A DNA stretch of 64,000 nt from Lentisphaeria bacterium. Its GTDB lineage: Bacteria; Verrucomicrobiota; Lentisphaeria; Victivallales; Victivallaceae. Every line of letters begins with the position of its first letter. Within the stretch, counting starts at the first letter, position 1. The stretch is taken from the NCBI GenBank assembly GCA_017504585.1, contig JAFVQX010000190.1:250-64249 (forward strand). Direction: 5' to 3'. The notes under the pieces are model-generated. The model saw only the letters and a list, made by a program, of their open reading frames with translations. It did not search any database and was not told the DNA's origin. Shown here in pieces: positions 17,411 through 27,624 of the stretch. The position numbers and the translations under genes are program-made.

Positions 17411-18058
17411 TCAAATAAAGCCAAAGCTGACGACTTGCGCTTTTTTATCGACTTCGCCAATAGTCACCTGAAAAAGCGCCTGCTGAACCAGCTCACCGGA
17501 GTTTTTGCTCAATTTCTTGAAGCCGATCTTCCAGAGCCGGATGCTCAACACCGGGTGCTTGAGGTCGGTAACAAAATCCGCGCTGACCACTTCGCCCATG
17601 GCGTCGGTCATCATTTTATGCGCTTCAAGGAATTTCTTTTCGTTGAAATCCTTGCGGAGATTCTCCGGCAGTGCGGCAACAAAAGCTTTGGCATCGCCGT
17701 TTTTGAAAGCATGGGCAAGGGTGGACGCCAGTTTGGAGGACTCTTTTTCAAACTCCGCCAGCGGGCATTTGTGCTGACGGGCAACTTCCACAGTTTTGGC
17801 GGTTTTGGCGTCGGCTTTGGGGGCGGTTTTGTCATCGCACTTGGCATCTTTGCAAGGGGCGGTCGACTGCATGGCGCTCTTGGCTTTATGCGCAGCGGGG
17901 CAGTTGGCGGTGGCGGCACATTCTTCTACGATGATGGCTGAACCGCCGGGGACGGCGGCGACTTCTACGGTTTCGCTGGTCTGGCATCCGGCAAAAATCG
18001 AACCTGCACTCAATACGATTGCCAGCGAACCAGCGAGCTTCCACGACATTTTTTTCAT
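17411..18058 (-). CDS. Hypothetical lipoprotein
   Basis: It has a signal peptide plus lipobox 'IFAGC' and a Cys/Lys/Ala-rich linker. No family was recognised. Confidence 0.6.
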   Translation of the reverse strand: MKKMSWKLAGSLAIVLSAGSIFAGCQTSETVEVAAVPGGSAIIVEECAATANCPAAHKAKSAMQSTAPCKDAKCDDKTAPKADAKTAKTVEVARQHKCPLAEFEKESSKLASTLAHAFKNGDAKAFVAALPENLRKDFNEKKFLEAHKMMTDAMGEVVSADFVTDLKHPVLSIRLWKIGFKKLSKNSGELVQQALFQVTIGEVDKKAQVVSFGFI

Positions 18059-18392
18059 CTTTTTTCTCCTGTTAAAAAGTTGATGTTCTGCTCCGTGTTC
18101 CTTAAACGGAGCGGCATTTTTCTTGGAGCAGCAACAAAAGAAAAAAGTTCCCGAAAAACTGCGGGGGGCAATTTATAAGATGCGTATGGGATGCGGCATT
18201 TGCCGCCGCACACAATATTGCCCGGTTGGCTGCTGCTGTCACATCTCTCCCCCCGCGCGGAGCTTTGCGGCAATATACCGCATGGGTTATGCAGAGATTT
18301 TGCCAAAAAAGCCGACCATGTGTTTGACAAACTCTGTTATCTGTTATACATTAAGAAAAATATCGCAAAACATTTTAAACGCAGGTGGATTT

Positions 18393-20441
18393 ATGCTCAA
18401 CAAAGTAAGAACTGTCAGCTATACATTGCCGTGGGATGACGCTCCGGTGGATATATCGTTTGTTTTTGAAAACGAGAAACCCGCCGGGATCCATGGCTTT
18501 GTTACTCAAAAAGAAGATAAATTTGTTTTTGAAGACGGCACCGCTGCCCGCTTCTGGGGAACCAACTTCAACAGCGCCGCCAATTTCCCCAGCCACGAAT
18601 ACAGCGATATGGTCGCCAAAAGACTGGCAAAGTTCGGTTTGAATTTAGTGCGTTTTCATCAGCTGGATGGCGACTGGTCGAACCCCAACATTTTTCAGTT
18701 CACCAAAGGCAGACGCCTTAATGATACCATGAGCCTTGACCCCGAAAGCATGGATCGGCTGGATTATCTGATCTACGCTTTGAAAAAAGAGGGTATCTAT
18801 GTATATATGGATATGCTCACTTACCGCAGATTCCGCACCGGCGATGGCGCACGTTCTCCGGAAGATCTTGCCGACGGGGCGCGTCCGGCATCCAACTTTG
18901 ACCCGGTGCTGATCCAGCGGCAGAAGGAGTTCTGTTCCCAGATCTGGGAGCGTTACAACCCCTACACCAAGCTCAAATATTGCGATGACCCGGTCTTTGC
19001 CATGATGGAGATCGTAAATGAAAACGAATTGTTGAGCAATTACTCCTGCAAATTCCTTACCGAACCCTACCGCACCGAGCTGGAAGATATGTATCAGGAG
19101 TGGCGGCAGAAAAAAGGTCTGGCGCCGGAAACGGTTCCCGTGGATCTTGCCAGCGAAAGTAATGCCGAACTGATGCGGTTTAAAATGGAAGTGCAGACAC
19201 GTTATTTTGAAGATATGTACAGCTATATGCGCAAGATCGGCGTCCGGATCCCCATTGCCGGGACCACCTGGAAGTTCGGTTTTGCCGCCAGCCAGCAGTC
19301 GCAGACCAAAATGGACTTTATGGATGTGCACCCCTATCACTACAACTGGGGCTGGAAGCCGGAAATGAAACTGGTGGACAACCGCAGTATGCTGGCTCAC
19401 TTTGACCCGTGGTACAACGCCGGATCGTTCATGCGCCTTGCCAACAAACCATTCTTTATTTCGGAGTGGGATGTACCGTGGCCCAATCCGTGGCGTGCAG
19501 AGTGTGTACTGAATCTGGCGGCAGTATCCGCCTTGCAGGGCTGGGGCGGTACTGCCATACATACTTACCGCTACGACTGCCGGCCCAATGTGGATATGAT
19601 CGCCGAACCCATCACCGGCGATGCGCTGGCGGGGGTGCCTTACCGCAGCGGGGTCTTTGACACCTTCAACGATCCGGCGAAATTCGGGTTGTTTTATCAT
19701 GCGGCACTGATCATGCGCCGGGGCGACGTGGCAGAGTCGCAGCGTTTTCTGGCGGTGCCTTACAAGGGGATCATGGCATCTGACTGCAATGCGGATTTGC
19801 CCGACGGAAAAGATCACATCCTCTGTCAGGACGATTTTCCGGCTCTGGATGGCGCTGCCGAAGTGGTCAAGATCGGCACGCTGCCCGAAGGGGTGGCTAA
19901 ACCCGCTCACGCCGAACTCCATGACGGCAGCGAGCGCATTGTGGCAAAAGATGCCGTGGAATTCGTTTCCGAAAGCGGCGAACTCTACCGCAACAGCGCC
20001 AGAAAAGTTGCTTACATCGATACCGCGCGCACCAAAGCCGCTTACGGTTTTTTGGGCGCCGCCGGCGAGATCAAGCTCAAAAATCTCAAGATCAAGTGCG
20101 AAAATCCCTTTGCGGTGATCGCTCTTTCCAGCTTGAGCGATGCGCCTTTGGCGGATTCGGACAACATTCTGCTAACCGCCGTGGGGCGTGCCGATAATAC
20201 CGATACAGTTTACAACAACGAAGGCACCGTGCAGTACAGCAAAGGTCACGGCCCGGTGCAGGCGGAAGTTATCACTGCGGATATCGAACTGGAAAGCTCC
20301 CAAACCGGATTCCATGTGGAAGCCATCACCTCGCACGGTATGCATGTGGGGCGCACCGAGGTTACCGAAAAAGAGGGCAAAGTATCTTTCCGCATCGGCG
20401 GAACCTTTGCTTCGATCTACTACCTGATACAGAAAATGTGA
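18393..20441 (+). CDS. Clan GH-A (GH5-like) TIM-barrel glycoside hydrolase
   Basis: Matching motifs are 'RFWGTNFN...LAKFGLNLVRFHQLD', the acid/base-like 'EIVNENE' and the nucleophile-like 'FFISEWD'. The start is at ATG 18393 with AGGTGG upstream; the upstream part of the ORF-track ORF is repeat-laden leader. Confidence 0.65.
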   Translation: MLNKVRTVSYTLPWDDAPVDISFVFENEKPAGIHGFVTQKEDKFVFEDGTAARFWGTNFNSAANFPSHEYSDMVAKRLAKFGLNLVRFHQLDGDWSNPNIFQFTKGRRLNDTMSLDPESMDRLDYLIYALKKEGIYVYMDMLTYRRFRTGDGARSPEDLADGARPASNFDPVLIQRQKEFCSQIWERYNPYTKLKYCDDPVFAMMEIVNENELLSNYSCKFLTEPYRTELEDMYQEWRQKKGLAPETVPVDLASESNAELMRFKMEVQTRYFEDMYSYMRKIGVRIPIAGTTWKFGFAASQQSQTKMDFMDVHPYHYNWGWKPEMKLVDNRSMLAHFDPWYNAGSFMRLANKPFFISEWDVPWPNPWRAECVLNLAAVSALQGWGGTAIHTYRYDCRPNVDMIAEPITGDALAGVPYRSGVFDTFNDPAKFGLFYHAALIMRRGDVAESQRFLAVPYKGIMASDCNADLPDGKDHILCQDDFPALDGAAEVVKIGTLPEGVAKPAHAELHDGSERIVAKDAVEFVSESGELYRNSARKVAYIDTARTKAAYGFLGAAGEIKLKNLKIKCENPFAVIALSSLSDAPLADSDNILLTAVGRADNTDTVYNNEGTVQYSKGHGPVQAEVITADIELESSQTGFHVEAITSHGMHVGRTEVTEKEGKVSFRIGGTFASIYYLIQKM

Positions 20442-20534
20442 TATATTGGGGTAAGGTTATAAGGTCTGTTTGCCGCCTGCACGGAAATTTACTGCGCGCA
20501 GGCAGGTAATTTTGAATACGGAAGATATTTTTTT

Positions 20535-21038
20535 ATGGAAATAAGAAATTTGCATTTTGCCAAATATATATTGATAACCACACTCCTGCTGGAATTTGTG
20601 TGGTTTTTTCTGGTCTGGGCTTTGATGTATAAAACCCAATGGGCAGGGGTGATTTGCACGCTGCTGCTGCCAGCGCTGGCGCTGCTCTACTGCCGGATAC
20701 CGGCGGAAAAACGGGAGCTTTGCACCGCTAAAGACCTTAAATTGCTCAACGATCTGGCGCGGGGGGCATTTTTTGCTACGGCGGCATTTGCGGTAATGAT
20801 GCTGCTGGGGGTGTGGAAATATCTCTCCGCAGACTTTGTAAAAAACTGTCTTTTCAGTGTGCTTATAGCGCAATTTGCCCTGCATGTGTTTGCCATATTG
20901 CTTTTCAGCGTACTGGCGGTGCTGGCACCGAAAAATGCCCGGAAAAAGCCGATCAAACTGGCGGTGGCGATCTATGTGGTAAGCACCCTGATGCAGCTGA
21001 TAGTTTTTCCGGAAACGCTGATGATAACCGCCCGCTGA
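20535..21038 (+). CDS. Hypothetical polytopic membrane protein
   Basis: About 5 hydrophobic helices are present. No family was recognised. Confidence 0.5.
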   Translation: MEIRNLHFAKYILITTLLLEFVWFFLVWALMYKTQWAGVICTLLLPALALLYCRIPAEKRELCTAKDLKLLNDLARGAFFATAAFAVMMLLGVWKYLSADFVKNCLFSVLIAQFALHVFAILLFSVLAVLAPKNARKKPIKLAVAIYVVSTLMQLIVFPETLMITAR

Positions 21039-21049
21039 AAAGAGCGCTC

Positions 21050-23590
21050 TTACTGCATTTTACTGTCAGAATATTTCTGCCACAGGAATTTTTCGTGGTT
21101 GTCCAGCGGTATATTTTTTATTGCTTCGGCTATGGTGTGACTTATTTTCCACTCATCCAGCTTCCGGGCTATGTGCAATCTTAACAAGCCGTCGGAGCGG
21201 CGTACCGGGGCTTCATCACCCTTTAACTTTTCGACCATCTGCCATGCGGGGTCTTGAGCTTTTGCCGCCAGAGCATTGGCGATCTTCTGACGGGCTGCCA
21301 AGTGGGCATCGGCAATTTTTATCAATGCCATAACCGTATGGCCGAAAAACTTTTCGCAATCCCAATTTTCCAGATTTTTCAATAAGAGATCCACAGCTTC
21401 CACGCTGCGCAATTTGCCCAATAGATAGGTCGCGGCGATCCGGCGTGGCGCTGAATACCGCAAATTTTCGTTGAGGCAAGTTGTGTCATTACACTCAACA
21501 AGTTTTATCAGCTCGGGCACTGTTCTGCTGTCGCCCGCCAGAGCCAGAGCCAATGCGGCATTGATTTTTGCCGGGGAATTTTCCCGGGCACTTTGATAAA
21601 GCTCCCACGCCAGAGCAGTTTTATTTTGCTGTTTGATGTTCCAGATCGCCAGCGCGGGATTTTTGCCTGCCAAACCTGCTGCGATCTCCTCGTCGCTTGC
21701 CGAATGCCAGACAGAATTGATGTCGCCACGGGGTATCTTGCTTTGGGCGGAAGCATGGACTCCGGGATTTTCCGGCAACAGGTGTTTGATGCTTGCAAAG
21801 TCGATTTCGTGGGGCAGAAGTTGCCGTTTTTGAGCTTCAAATGCCAGATTGCCCGCCAATTCTCCGGCGGCAGTCATCAAAGCGATCATCCGCAAGGCAC
21901 ACCCCAGATCGTGATCCACGCCTAAATGGCGTGCCGCGGCGATCACGCCATGAAGATTTTCCGGAAAAAGCAAACTCATGGGTACGGGTATGGAAACGCG
22001 GATCTCCCAGCAGGAGGCGGCAATGGTCCAATCCTGATAATCTTCGCTTTCAAAAAAGAGGTCTTGAGCATGGGTATCCAAGTTGGATATCACATGGAAA
22101 AATGCTTCTTTGTGTTCCCCCTTGCCCGCAAAAAAGTCTTGAATGGTGTAGGGTTCAACTGGTTTGATCCGCAAACCTTCCCGCACGCCGGGGTTGTCGG
22201 CAAGCTGTATGCAGAGCCGTTTGGTGCGGAAATCATCCTGCAAATGCAAACTTGTGCTGTAAAGGAAACTTTTGGAGAAATCTTCCAGATCATATTGAGC
22301 CACCCGCCCGGCATCGAAGTTCTGCACATAAAAGAATTTGCCGCCGATCTTGCCCATGCTGTTGGTGTAGCTGTTGAACTCCCCATCGCCGGTTCTTCCG
22401 CAAGTCAGAGGGGCGTTTGCCATGGTGCAAAGCACCGCATCGGCTGTGGAATCTATGAATGTATAAGCCGATACTTTATACAGTTTGCCCGAAGCATTGC
22501 GGTAAGTTACGGCAGTGACCCGGTCGCCGGATTTTTCCACCCCGGCAATGGCAGAACCGTATTCCAAAGTTACTCCGGCATGGCGGGCGGCACTTTCCAG
22601 CTCCAGCTTCAAACTCTCGCTCATGGAGTGATAGCCGGAGTATTTTGCGGAATTATCCTGCAAAACTTTGGCAAGCCCACCTACATCCTGAATGTACGAC
22701 CGGGCTACAAAGCCCCCGGTCCAGACGCCGCCGGGATAGAAGTTTTTTTCGATCGCCAACACCTTTGCACCACGCCGGGCGGCAGTGATAGCGGCGATGA
22801 TTCCGGCAGTGCCCAAGCCGGCAACTACGCAATCAAATCCAACATTTTCCGGGGCAGGAGCCTCGGGGATCCAGGCATATCCATACTTGCCTTGCAGCCC
22901 GGCATCCAACGCTGCTGCAGCATTGTCAAAGCGTGGGAAGTTGAAACGGGAAGCTGACCAGATGATTTGAGCTTCGCTTAACTCATCGGGGCGAGCTGAC
23001 CACAGCTTTTGCAAATTCTGCCGGGCAAGGTCGGGGGTGTCAGCAGAATTGCAAGGCATTTCCAAAGTGTATATCTTCTCTGCCGGAGTGCGGAACAATT
23101 CAAAGCTGCCGTATTTGCCTTCAGCAAGAGCTTTTTCGGAAAAAACTGCGGCGGTAAAGAGCTTTTCAGGACCCTGACTCCGGGCGTCGATCACCTTTTC
23201 CGCTTCAATATTTACTTCGTTGCCGCCCCAGTCGATAAAGGTGTAAACTTTGCCGGATCTGCGGATAAATTCCAGCCCCAGCAGGGGTTGTATCTGGTGT
23301 TTCATGCACCACGCCGCCAGCGTCGGAGCCAGTGCCGCCGGTAAGATACGATCGTTTTCCAGAGCATGACGAAGAGCCAGCTCCTGCCGGAACTCTTCAG
23401 CTCCGGGCGAAGTCAAGGGTTGCGACCAGTTTTTTCCCTGCATAAAACCAAAAGCATGATCGCTGCCGACAGCAATGGAACTTTCCACCACCAGCGAATT
23501 TTTTATTACCGAAGCCAGACCGCAACCGTAAAAGGTCGCTCCCAGAATAAGCGTTTCAACGGAGTAATTTACTTTTACAGCAGCAGTCAT
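21050..23590 (-). CDS. FAD-dependent oxidoreductase (FAD_oxidored-type) with C-terminal HEAT-like repeats
   Basis: The dinucleotide-binding motif is 'DCVVAGLGTAGIIAAITAARRGAKVLAIEK'. The C-terminal ~200 aa is alpha-helical repeat ('ALALALAGDSRTVPELIKL...RIAATYLLGKL'). There is no signal peptide. Confidence 0.7.
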   Translation of the reverse strand: MTAAVKVNYSVETLILGATFYGCGLASVIKNSLVVESSIAVGSDHAFGFMQGKNWSQPLTSPGAEEFRQELALRHALENDRILPAALAPTLAAWCMKHQIQPLLGLEFIRRSGKVYTFIDWGGNEVNIEAEKVIDARSQGPEKLFTAAVFSEKALAEGKYGSFELFRTPAEKIYTLEMPCNSADTPDLARQNLQKLWSARPDELSEAQIIWSASRFNFPRFDNAAAALDAGLQGKYGYAWIPEAPAPENVGFDCVVAGLGTAGIIAAITAARRGAKVLAIEKNFYPGGVWTGGFVARSYIQDVGGLAKVLQDNSAKYSGYHSMSESLKLELESAARHAGVTLEYGSAIAGVEKSGDRVTAVTYRNASGKLYKVSAYTFIDSTADAVLCTMANAPLTCGRTGDGEFNSYTNSMGKIGGKFFYVQNFDAGRVAQYDLEDFSKSFLYSTSLHLQDDFRTKRLCIQLADNPGVREGLRIKPVEPYTIQDFFAGKGEHKEAFFHVISNLDTHAQDLFFESEDYQDWTIAASCWEIRVSIPVPMSLLFPENLHGVIAAARHLGVDHDLGCALRMIALMTAAGELAGNLAFEAQKRQLLPHEIDFASIKHLLPENPGVHASAQSKIPRGDINSVWHSASDEEIAAGLAGKNPALAIWNIKQQNKTALAWELYQSARENSPAKINAALALALAGDSRTVPELIKLVECNDTTCLNENLRYSAPRRIAATYLLGKLRSVEAVDLLLKNLENWDCEKFFGHTVMALIKIADAHLAARQKIANALAAKAQDPAWQMVEKLKGDEAPVRRSDGLLRLHIARKLDEWKISHTIAEAIKNIPLDNHEKFLWQKYSDSKMQ

Positions 23591-23603
23591 TGGTTCATTA
23601 TCC

Positions 23604-24323
23604 TTACATTTCGGGTTTCATTTCGGCGATTTCGGCATCGGTGAGAACTTTGTCAAAGAGTTTGACATCGCTTATAATACCGTTGAAGCCGTATGCCGAA
23701 CCGCGGGGACTGCTGGCGCCGATGGCTGCCCATTGGCGGGTGGATTTGGTCATAACGCCTTGGGCAGAGTTCCGCAAAGTACCGTTGACATAGACTTTGA
23801 CAGTTTCGCCATCGTAGCTGACGGCGACCCGGTAGAAGGTGTTGTCTTTGAGGGTACCCTGTGAATTTTTGGAAGCGATCCTGACCGCTTTTTTGCCGTC
23901 GCCAACACATACCCAGAGAGCTTTCCAGCTTACATAAATACGGAAACCGGGGCCTTTGCCGTGAGAATTGCTCCAGAAAAAGAGCTCGTACTGGCGGCTG
24001 CGGTGCATATTTTCCGGAGTTTTGACCAATGCCGTAAAGGTAAAACCTTTGGCGGGGTCAAATCCGGAAGGCATGTTAAAACAAAGTCCGGCGTAAGTTT
24101 TGATTTTATCGGGGGTGTTGAAGTTAAAGGCTTTGCCGTCAGGGCCATCGACCACCTCAAACTGATTGGCGTTCCAAACGGTCACTTTGTCGATCTTGCC
24201 GGTGGCTTCTCTGACCTTGTTTACATCGCCCTCGTTCAAAGGAAAGCTCAAGTAGGGTTCGGCTCCGCAAAGGGCAAAAGCACTCAAAGCAACAGCGGCA
24301 AAAAGAGTTTTAAAAGTGTTCAT
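23604..24323 (-). CDS. Secreted LamG (concanavalin-A-like lectin/glucanase) domain protein
   Basis: It has a signal peptide and the LamG_3-like ending 'GFNGIISDVKLFDKVLTDAEIAEM'. Confidence 0.75.
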   Translation of the reverse strand: MNTFKTLFAAVALSAFALCGAEPYLSFPLNEGDVNKVREATGKIDKVTVWNANQFEVVDGPDGKAFNFNTPDKIKTYAGLCFNMPSGFDPAKGFTFTALVKTPENMHRSRQYELFFWSNSHGKGPGFRIYVSWKALWVCVGDGKKAVRIASKNSQGTLKDNTFYRVAVSYDGETVKVYVNGTLRNSAQGVMTKSTRQWAAIGASSPRGSAYGFNGIISDVKLFDKVLTDAEIAEMKPEM

Positions 24324-24466
24324 TTTTTATCCTTTTATTAAATTATCTCATTTATGATTATCAATATACCACACAAGTTATGATTTGTCAAAAACGCCCA
24401 AACTATAGCGAGCCTCCGGTGGATACAGCGTGAGGCAATGTCGAGTTTTGCAATGCACTGCCCGAG

Positions 24467-24547
24467 GGATCCGGCTTCGTTTTACTACGCCGTGACAAGG
24501 TGTACCTTTCGATCCGCCTTCGCATAAAGCTACGGCGGACAAGCCGA
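24467..24547. repeat. Intergenic repeat module (ggatccggcttcgtt..ctacgccgtgacaag type)
   Basis: The same module occurs at 10691-10726 and 14033-14066. A related 'ctacggcggacaagccg' lies at 24530-24547, and an inverted relative lies at about 3765-3800. Confidence 0.8.
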
Positions 24548-24615
24548 GGTGCAGGGTTGCGAGCCCGGCTCGAGATTGCCCGCGATGTGCCACCGTACTT
24601 TGCTTGCTCACAAAT

Positions 24616-27453
24616 TTATTTTTCGTAAGCCTCGATTTCGGCAATTATGGTGTTCTTGCCGTTGTTTCTGGTTACATAAATGCGGATGCTGTCGGCAGCT
24701 TGGGGGGCAAACTTGAATTCGTACATATCCTGTTTGCTGTTCACTGCTTTGCCTACGGTTTGCCATTCGCCATTGCCTGATTTCAGCTGCACTTCAAAGT
24801 CCCGCAGCGATTGTTTTTCCGGGTAGACCACCACTCTGCCGATAGTGGCAGATTTTTTGAGATTGAGTTCGATCCAGTCCGGGCACTTGTTGGGGGTTTT
24901 ATCCTTCCACGGGCAGCCGCCTCTGGGGCTGTTGGTGGTGATCACACCATCGGTAACATGCCACAGCTGGTTGGCAATGGGGTCGCGTGAATCGCGGTTG
25001 GCATTGCTGGAAGGAATAATTTCCATTTTTACTTCATCCATACGCTGGAAGAGGATGTTGCCGGGTTTTTCACGCTTTTTGTACTCTGCTTCGATAAGTG
25101 CATTGATTTCATCAACTGTCTTGAGCTTGAAATCACGCATATCAGTTGTGTAGACATGTACTTCAAACGGACGGAACTTATCTTTGATTTTGCCGTTGCT
25201 GGCGTTTATGGTGCGGTTTTCACTCAAGACCTGCAGTTTGGAGTTGCCGAATTCGGGAAGTTCAAATTCATACTCGGCATCTTCGTATTCCACATTACAC
25301 GCCAACAGCCAGACCGCTCCGGTTTCCGGATTTTTTGCTGCACGCAGACGCAGACTCTTGCTGGGAGCTTTGGCTTTGAGCTGCGTGTGGATAATAGCTT
25401 CTTCGCCTACGATCTTTTGTTCTTTGACCAATATCGGCATACCCACATTGATTTCCGGATAATCGCCCCGGAAGACGTTGTAATGCAGCAGCCCCTGGGC
25501 GCCCAGAATGAGTGCCAGCAAGTTCTGCGAACGGTATTCTTCATAGCTCGGCACGCGGCTGCTGCGTGAACCGTGATCGCCGTAGTTGAAGCCCTGATGC
25601 AGATAAGCAATACTCTGGGCGTCGACTTTATCTTTGAAATATTCGGCTGCAATATCCATGCAGATCACGATTTTTTTGAAGTTATTCATCTGTTTGGTCT
25701 GGCTGGGGTGCGGATAGCAGTGGAAACCGTTGATTTCGCCGCAATCCGGGTAAGCGATCACCCCTTTGGTGCCGGTGGAAATGACCACCGGGTGCCACGG
25801 GTCAACATCCGCTGCAATGGCGGCGACTTTGGCGGCCGATTCCCGGCTCAAGCCGGAGCAGTCCGGTTCGTCCACCCAGTAGTGGGCAAAGACATTCGCA
25901 GACTGCATATATTTAGCCACCCGCTTGCGGAAAAACGCTTCTGCCGCCGGAGTAATGCCCTGCTTGGCAAGCACATTACGCAAGCCGAAACCGGGGGCTG
26001 CCAATCCGAACCCCAGAGGAGTTATTGTCTTGACATGTGAGTATTTGCCGGTATTGGTCATAACTGCCAGAAATTCAGGAAAATAGAAATCTTTGACATT
26101 CCAGCTCAACAGCAGAAACACCTTTTTGCCGTCGATATACCAGTTGCGGTCTTTGCCCCGCCACACTTCGCCTTTGCGGTATTCGAGTTTGCGGATAGGA
26201 GCAGCGGTAGCGGCGGTAACTTTGCCGGACTTATCCACCAATTCGCCCACAACTTCCAATCTGCCGAAAGGCAGTTTGGTGGCGTCGAACTCAAAATTCA
26301 CGCTTTTGGCTGCCGCCTTTTCGGCAGAAACCAGCGCTGTTTTTTCACCGGCTTTGCGGATGGAGCCGCGGATGAGCATACCTTTTTTCAGGTCGGAAGC
26401 GGAAACTTTGAACCGCACTTTATCCAGCTTTTGCGTTACAAAGATCGCCTGCCGGTAATGGGGGTCGATCAAGTCGATGGATATGGGGGTGAATTCCAGA
26501 TTTTCAGTGACTTTCTTTTCTGCCAGCAGACGGTAATTTTCTGCATCACGCAAGGAGAAAGTCACCTGATATTTGCCGCTTTTTTCCAGCATCTGGGTGG
26601 GGAACTTTATGTTCAGCGTGCCGTTGGCGGCAACTTGCTGTTTAAGCAATGTACGGGTAAAGCATTTGCCGTCCGGAGCTTGCCACATAACTTCCGGCAG
26701 AACCGTCCGGGCTTTGCCGCCAGCTTCTTTGATGGTGATCTGGTAATCGGCGGCAAGTTTGCCTTTTTTGATAGAGGCATTGATCTTCGGTTCGCCCACT
26801 TCCCATGCATAACATGCCATATCCAGTTGGGGCGGAGCCATTTTTACAAACACACCTTTGACATTGAGTACGCCGTTTTTACCGATGGCAGAGATCTCCG
26901 AAGATTCTCTGGCGCAGTTGACCGTCCAGAAATCCTTGTTGGCAGTCCGCAGATCCAACGCCCGGAAGGGTATGGCGACTTCCGCAGTCCAGAAATCTTT
27001 GCCGTGCCGGACTTTGCCCCGGAATCCGGAGTCGTAGCTTACATCCTGCACAAAGCCCCCCTGATCGCAGGAGCGGTCAAAAAGTTTGCCGTTGTGCCCC
27101 AACGCAAAGTGGTAATAGCTGGCACTGTCGCCCTGGGGGTCGATCATAACTTCCACACATTCCTGAAAAAGCGAGGAGTTGTTGATCTCATTTTCAGGTA
27201 TATAGCATTTGAAGCCGAATACGATATCCACACCATTGTTGATCACCGCTACTTCGGTGCGGCGTTTAGCGGGTTTATTGGTATTCATCAGCAGAAAAGA
27301 GTCCACAAATTTGGCTTTTTTCCATGCCGCTTCGTCCAGCTTGCCATCTATCCTGATGTGTTCGCTGACCACCGGAGTCAGCACTGTTTCGGCAGAAACT
27401 GCGGCAATCGCCAAAAGCATTGCCCCGACAGAATAAAGAGTTTTTTTCCACAT
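24616..27453 (-). CDS. Secreted multidomain carbohydrate-active protein: CBM9-like N-domain, central putative hydrolase, C-terminal F5/8 type C (discoidin) domain
   Basis: It has a signal peptide, 'IRIDGKLDEAAWKKAKFVDSF' (CBM9/DOMON-like), and the C-terminus 'WIELNLKKSATIGRVVVYPE...ADSIRIYV...IAEIEAYE' (discoidin-like). The start is at ATG 27453. Confidence 0.6.
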   Translation of the reverse strand: MWKKTLYSVGAMLLAIAAVSAETVLTPVVSEHIRIDGKLDEAAWKKAKFVDSFLLMNTNKPAKRRTEVAVINNGVDIVFGFKCYIPENEINNSSLFQECVEVMIDPQGDSASYYHFALGHNGKLFDRSCDQGGFVQDVSYDSGFRGKVRHGKDFWTAEVAIPFRALDLRTANKDFWTVNCARESSEISAIGKNGVLNVKGVFVKMAPPQLDMACYAWEVGEPKINASIKKGKLAADYQITIKEAGGKARTVLPEVMWQAPDGKCFTRTLLKQQVAANGTLNIKFPTQMLEKSGKYQVTFSLRDAENYRLLAEKKVTENLEFTPISIDLIDPHYRQAIFVTQKLDKVRFKVSASDLKKGMLIRGSIRKAGEKTALVSAEKAAAKSVNFEFDATKLPFGRLEVVGELVDKSGKVTAATAAPIRKLEYRKGEVWRGKDRNWYIDGKKVFLLLSWNVKDFYFPEFLAVMTNTGKYSHVKTITPLGFGLAAPGFGLRNVLAKQGITPAAEAFFRKRVAKYMQSANVFAHYWVDEPDCSGLSRESAAKVAAIAADVDPWHPVVISTGTKGVIAYPDCGEINGFHCYPHPSQTKQMNNFKKIVICMDIAAEYFKDKVDAQSIAYLHQGFNYGDHGSRSSRVPSYEEYRSQNLLALILGAQGLLHYNVFRGDYPEINVGMPILVKEQKIVGEEAIIHTQLKAKAPSKSLRLRAAKNPETGAVWLLACNVEYEDAEYEFELPEFGNSKLQVLSENRTINASNGKIKDKFRPFEVHVYTTDMRDFKLKTVDEINALIEAEYKKREKPGNILFQRMDEVKMEIIPSSNANRDSRDPIANQLWHVTDGVITTNSPRGGCPWKDKTPNKCPDWIELNLKKSATIGRVVVYPEKQSLRDFEVQLKSGNGEWQTVGKAVNSKQDMYEFKFAPQAADSIRIYVTRNNGKNTIIAEIEAYEK

Positions 27454-27624
27454 GATTTTTGCACCTTTTTTTGAAATATTTACCGAATCATTTTCCAACG
27501 ATCATTCCAAGAACAGTGTAAGGTACAACTGTTTTAAGAAAAATGCAAATAAAAATTTTATCCGCAGTTCACATTGTCCGGAGAAAAACAGCCATGTTCA
27601 GCTGTATCAGGCTGCCGGAAGCTT

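Noticed and set aside
18123-18392. A 90-aa N-terminal extension of the GH5-like ORF.
   Set aside because: It is Cys/Arg-rich translation of repeat modules. The ATG at 18393 with an AGGTGG RBS begins the conserved part of the protein.
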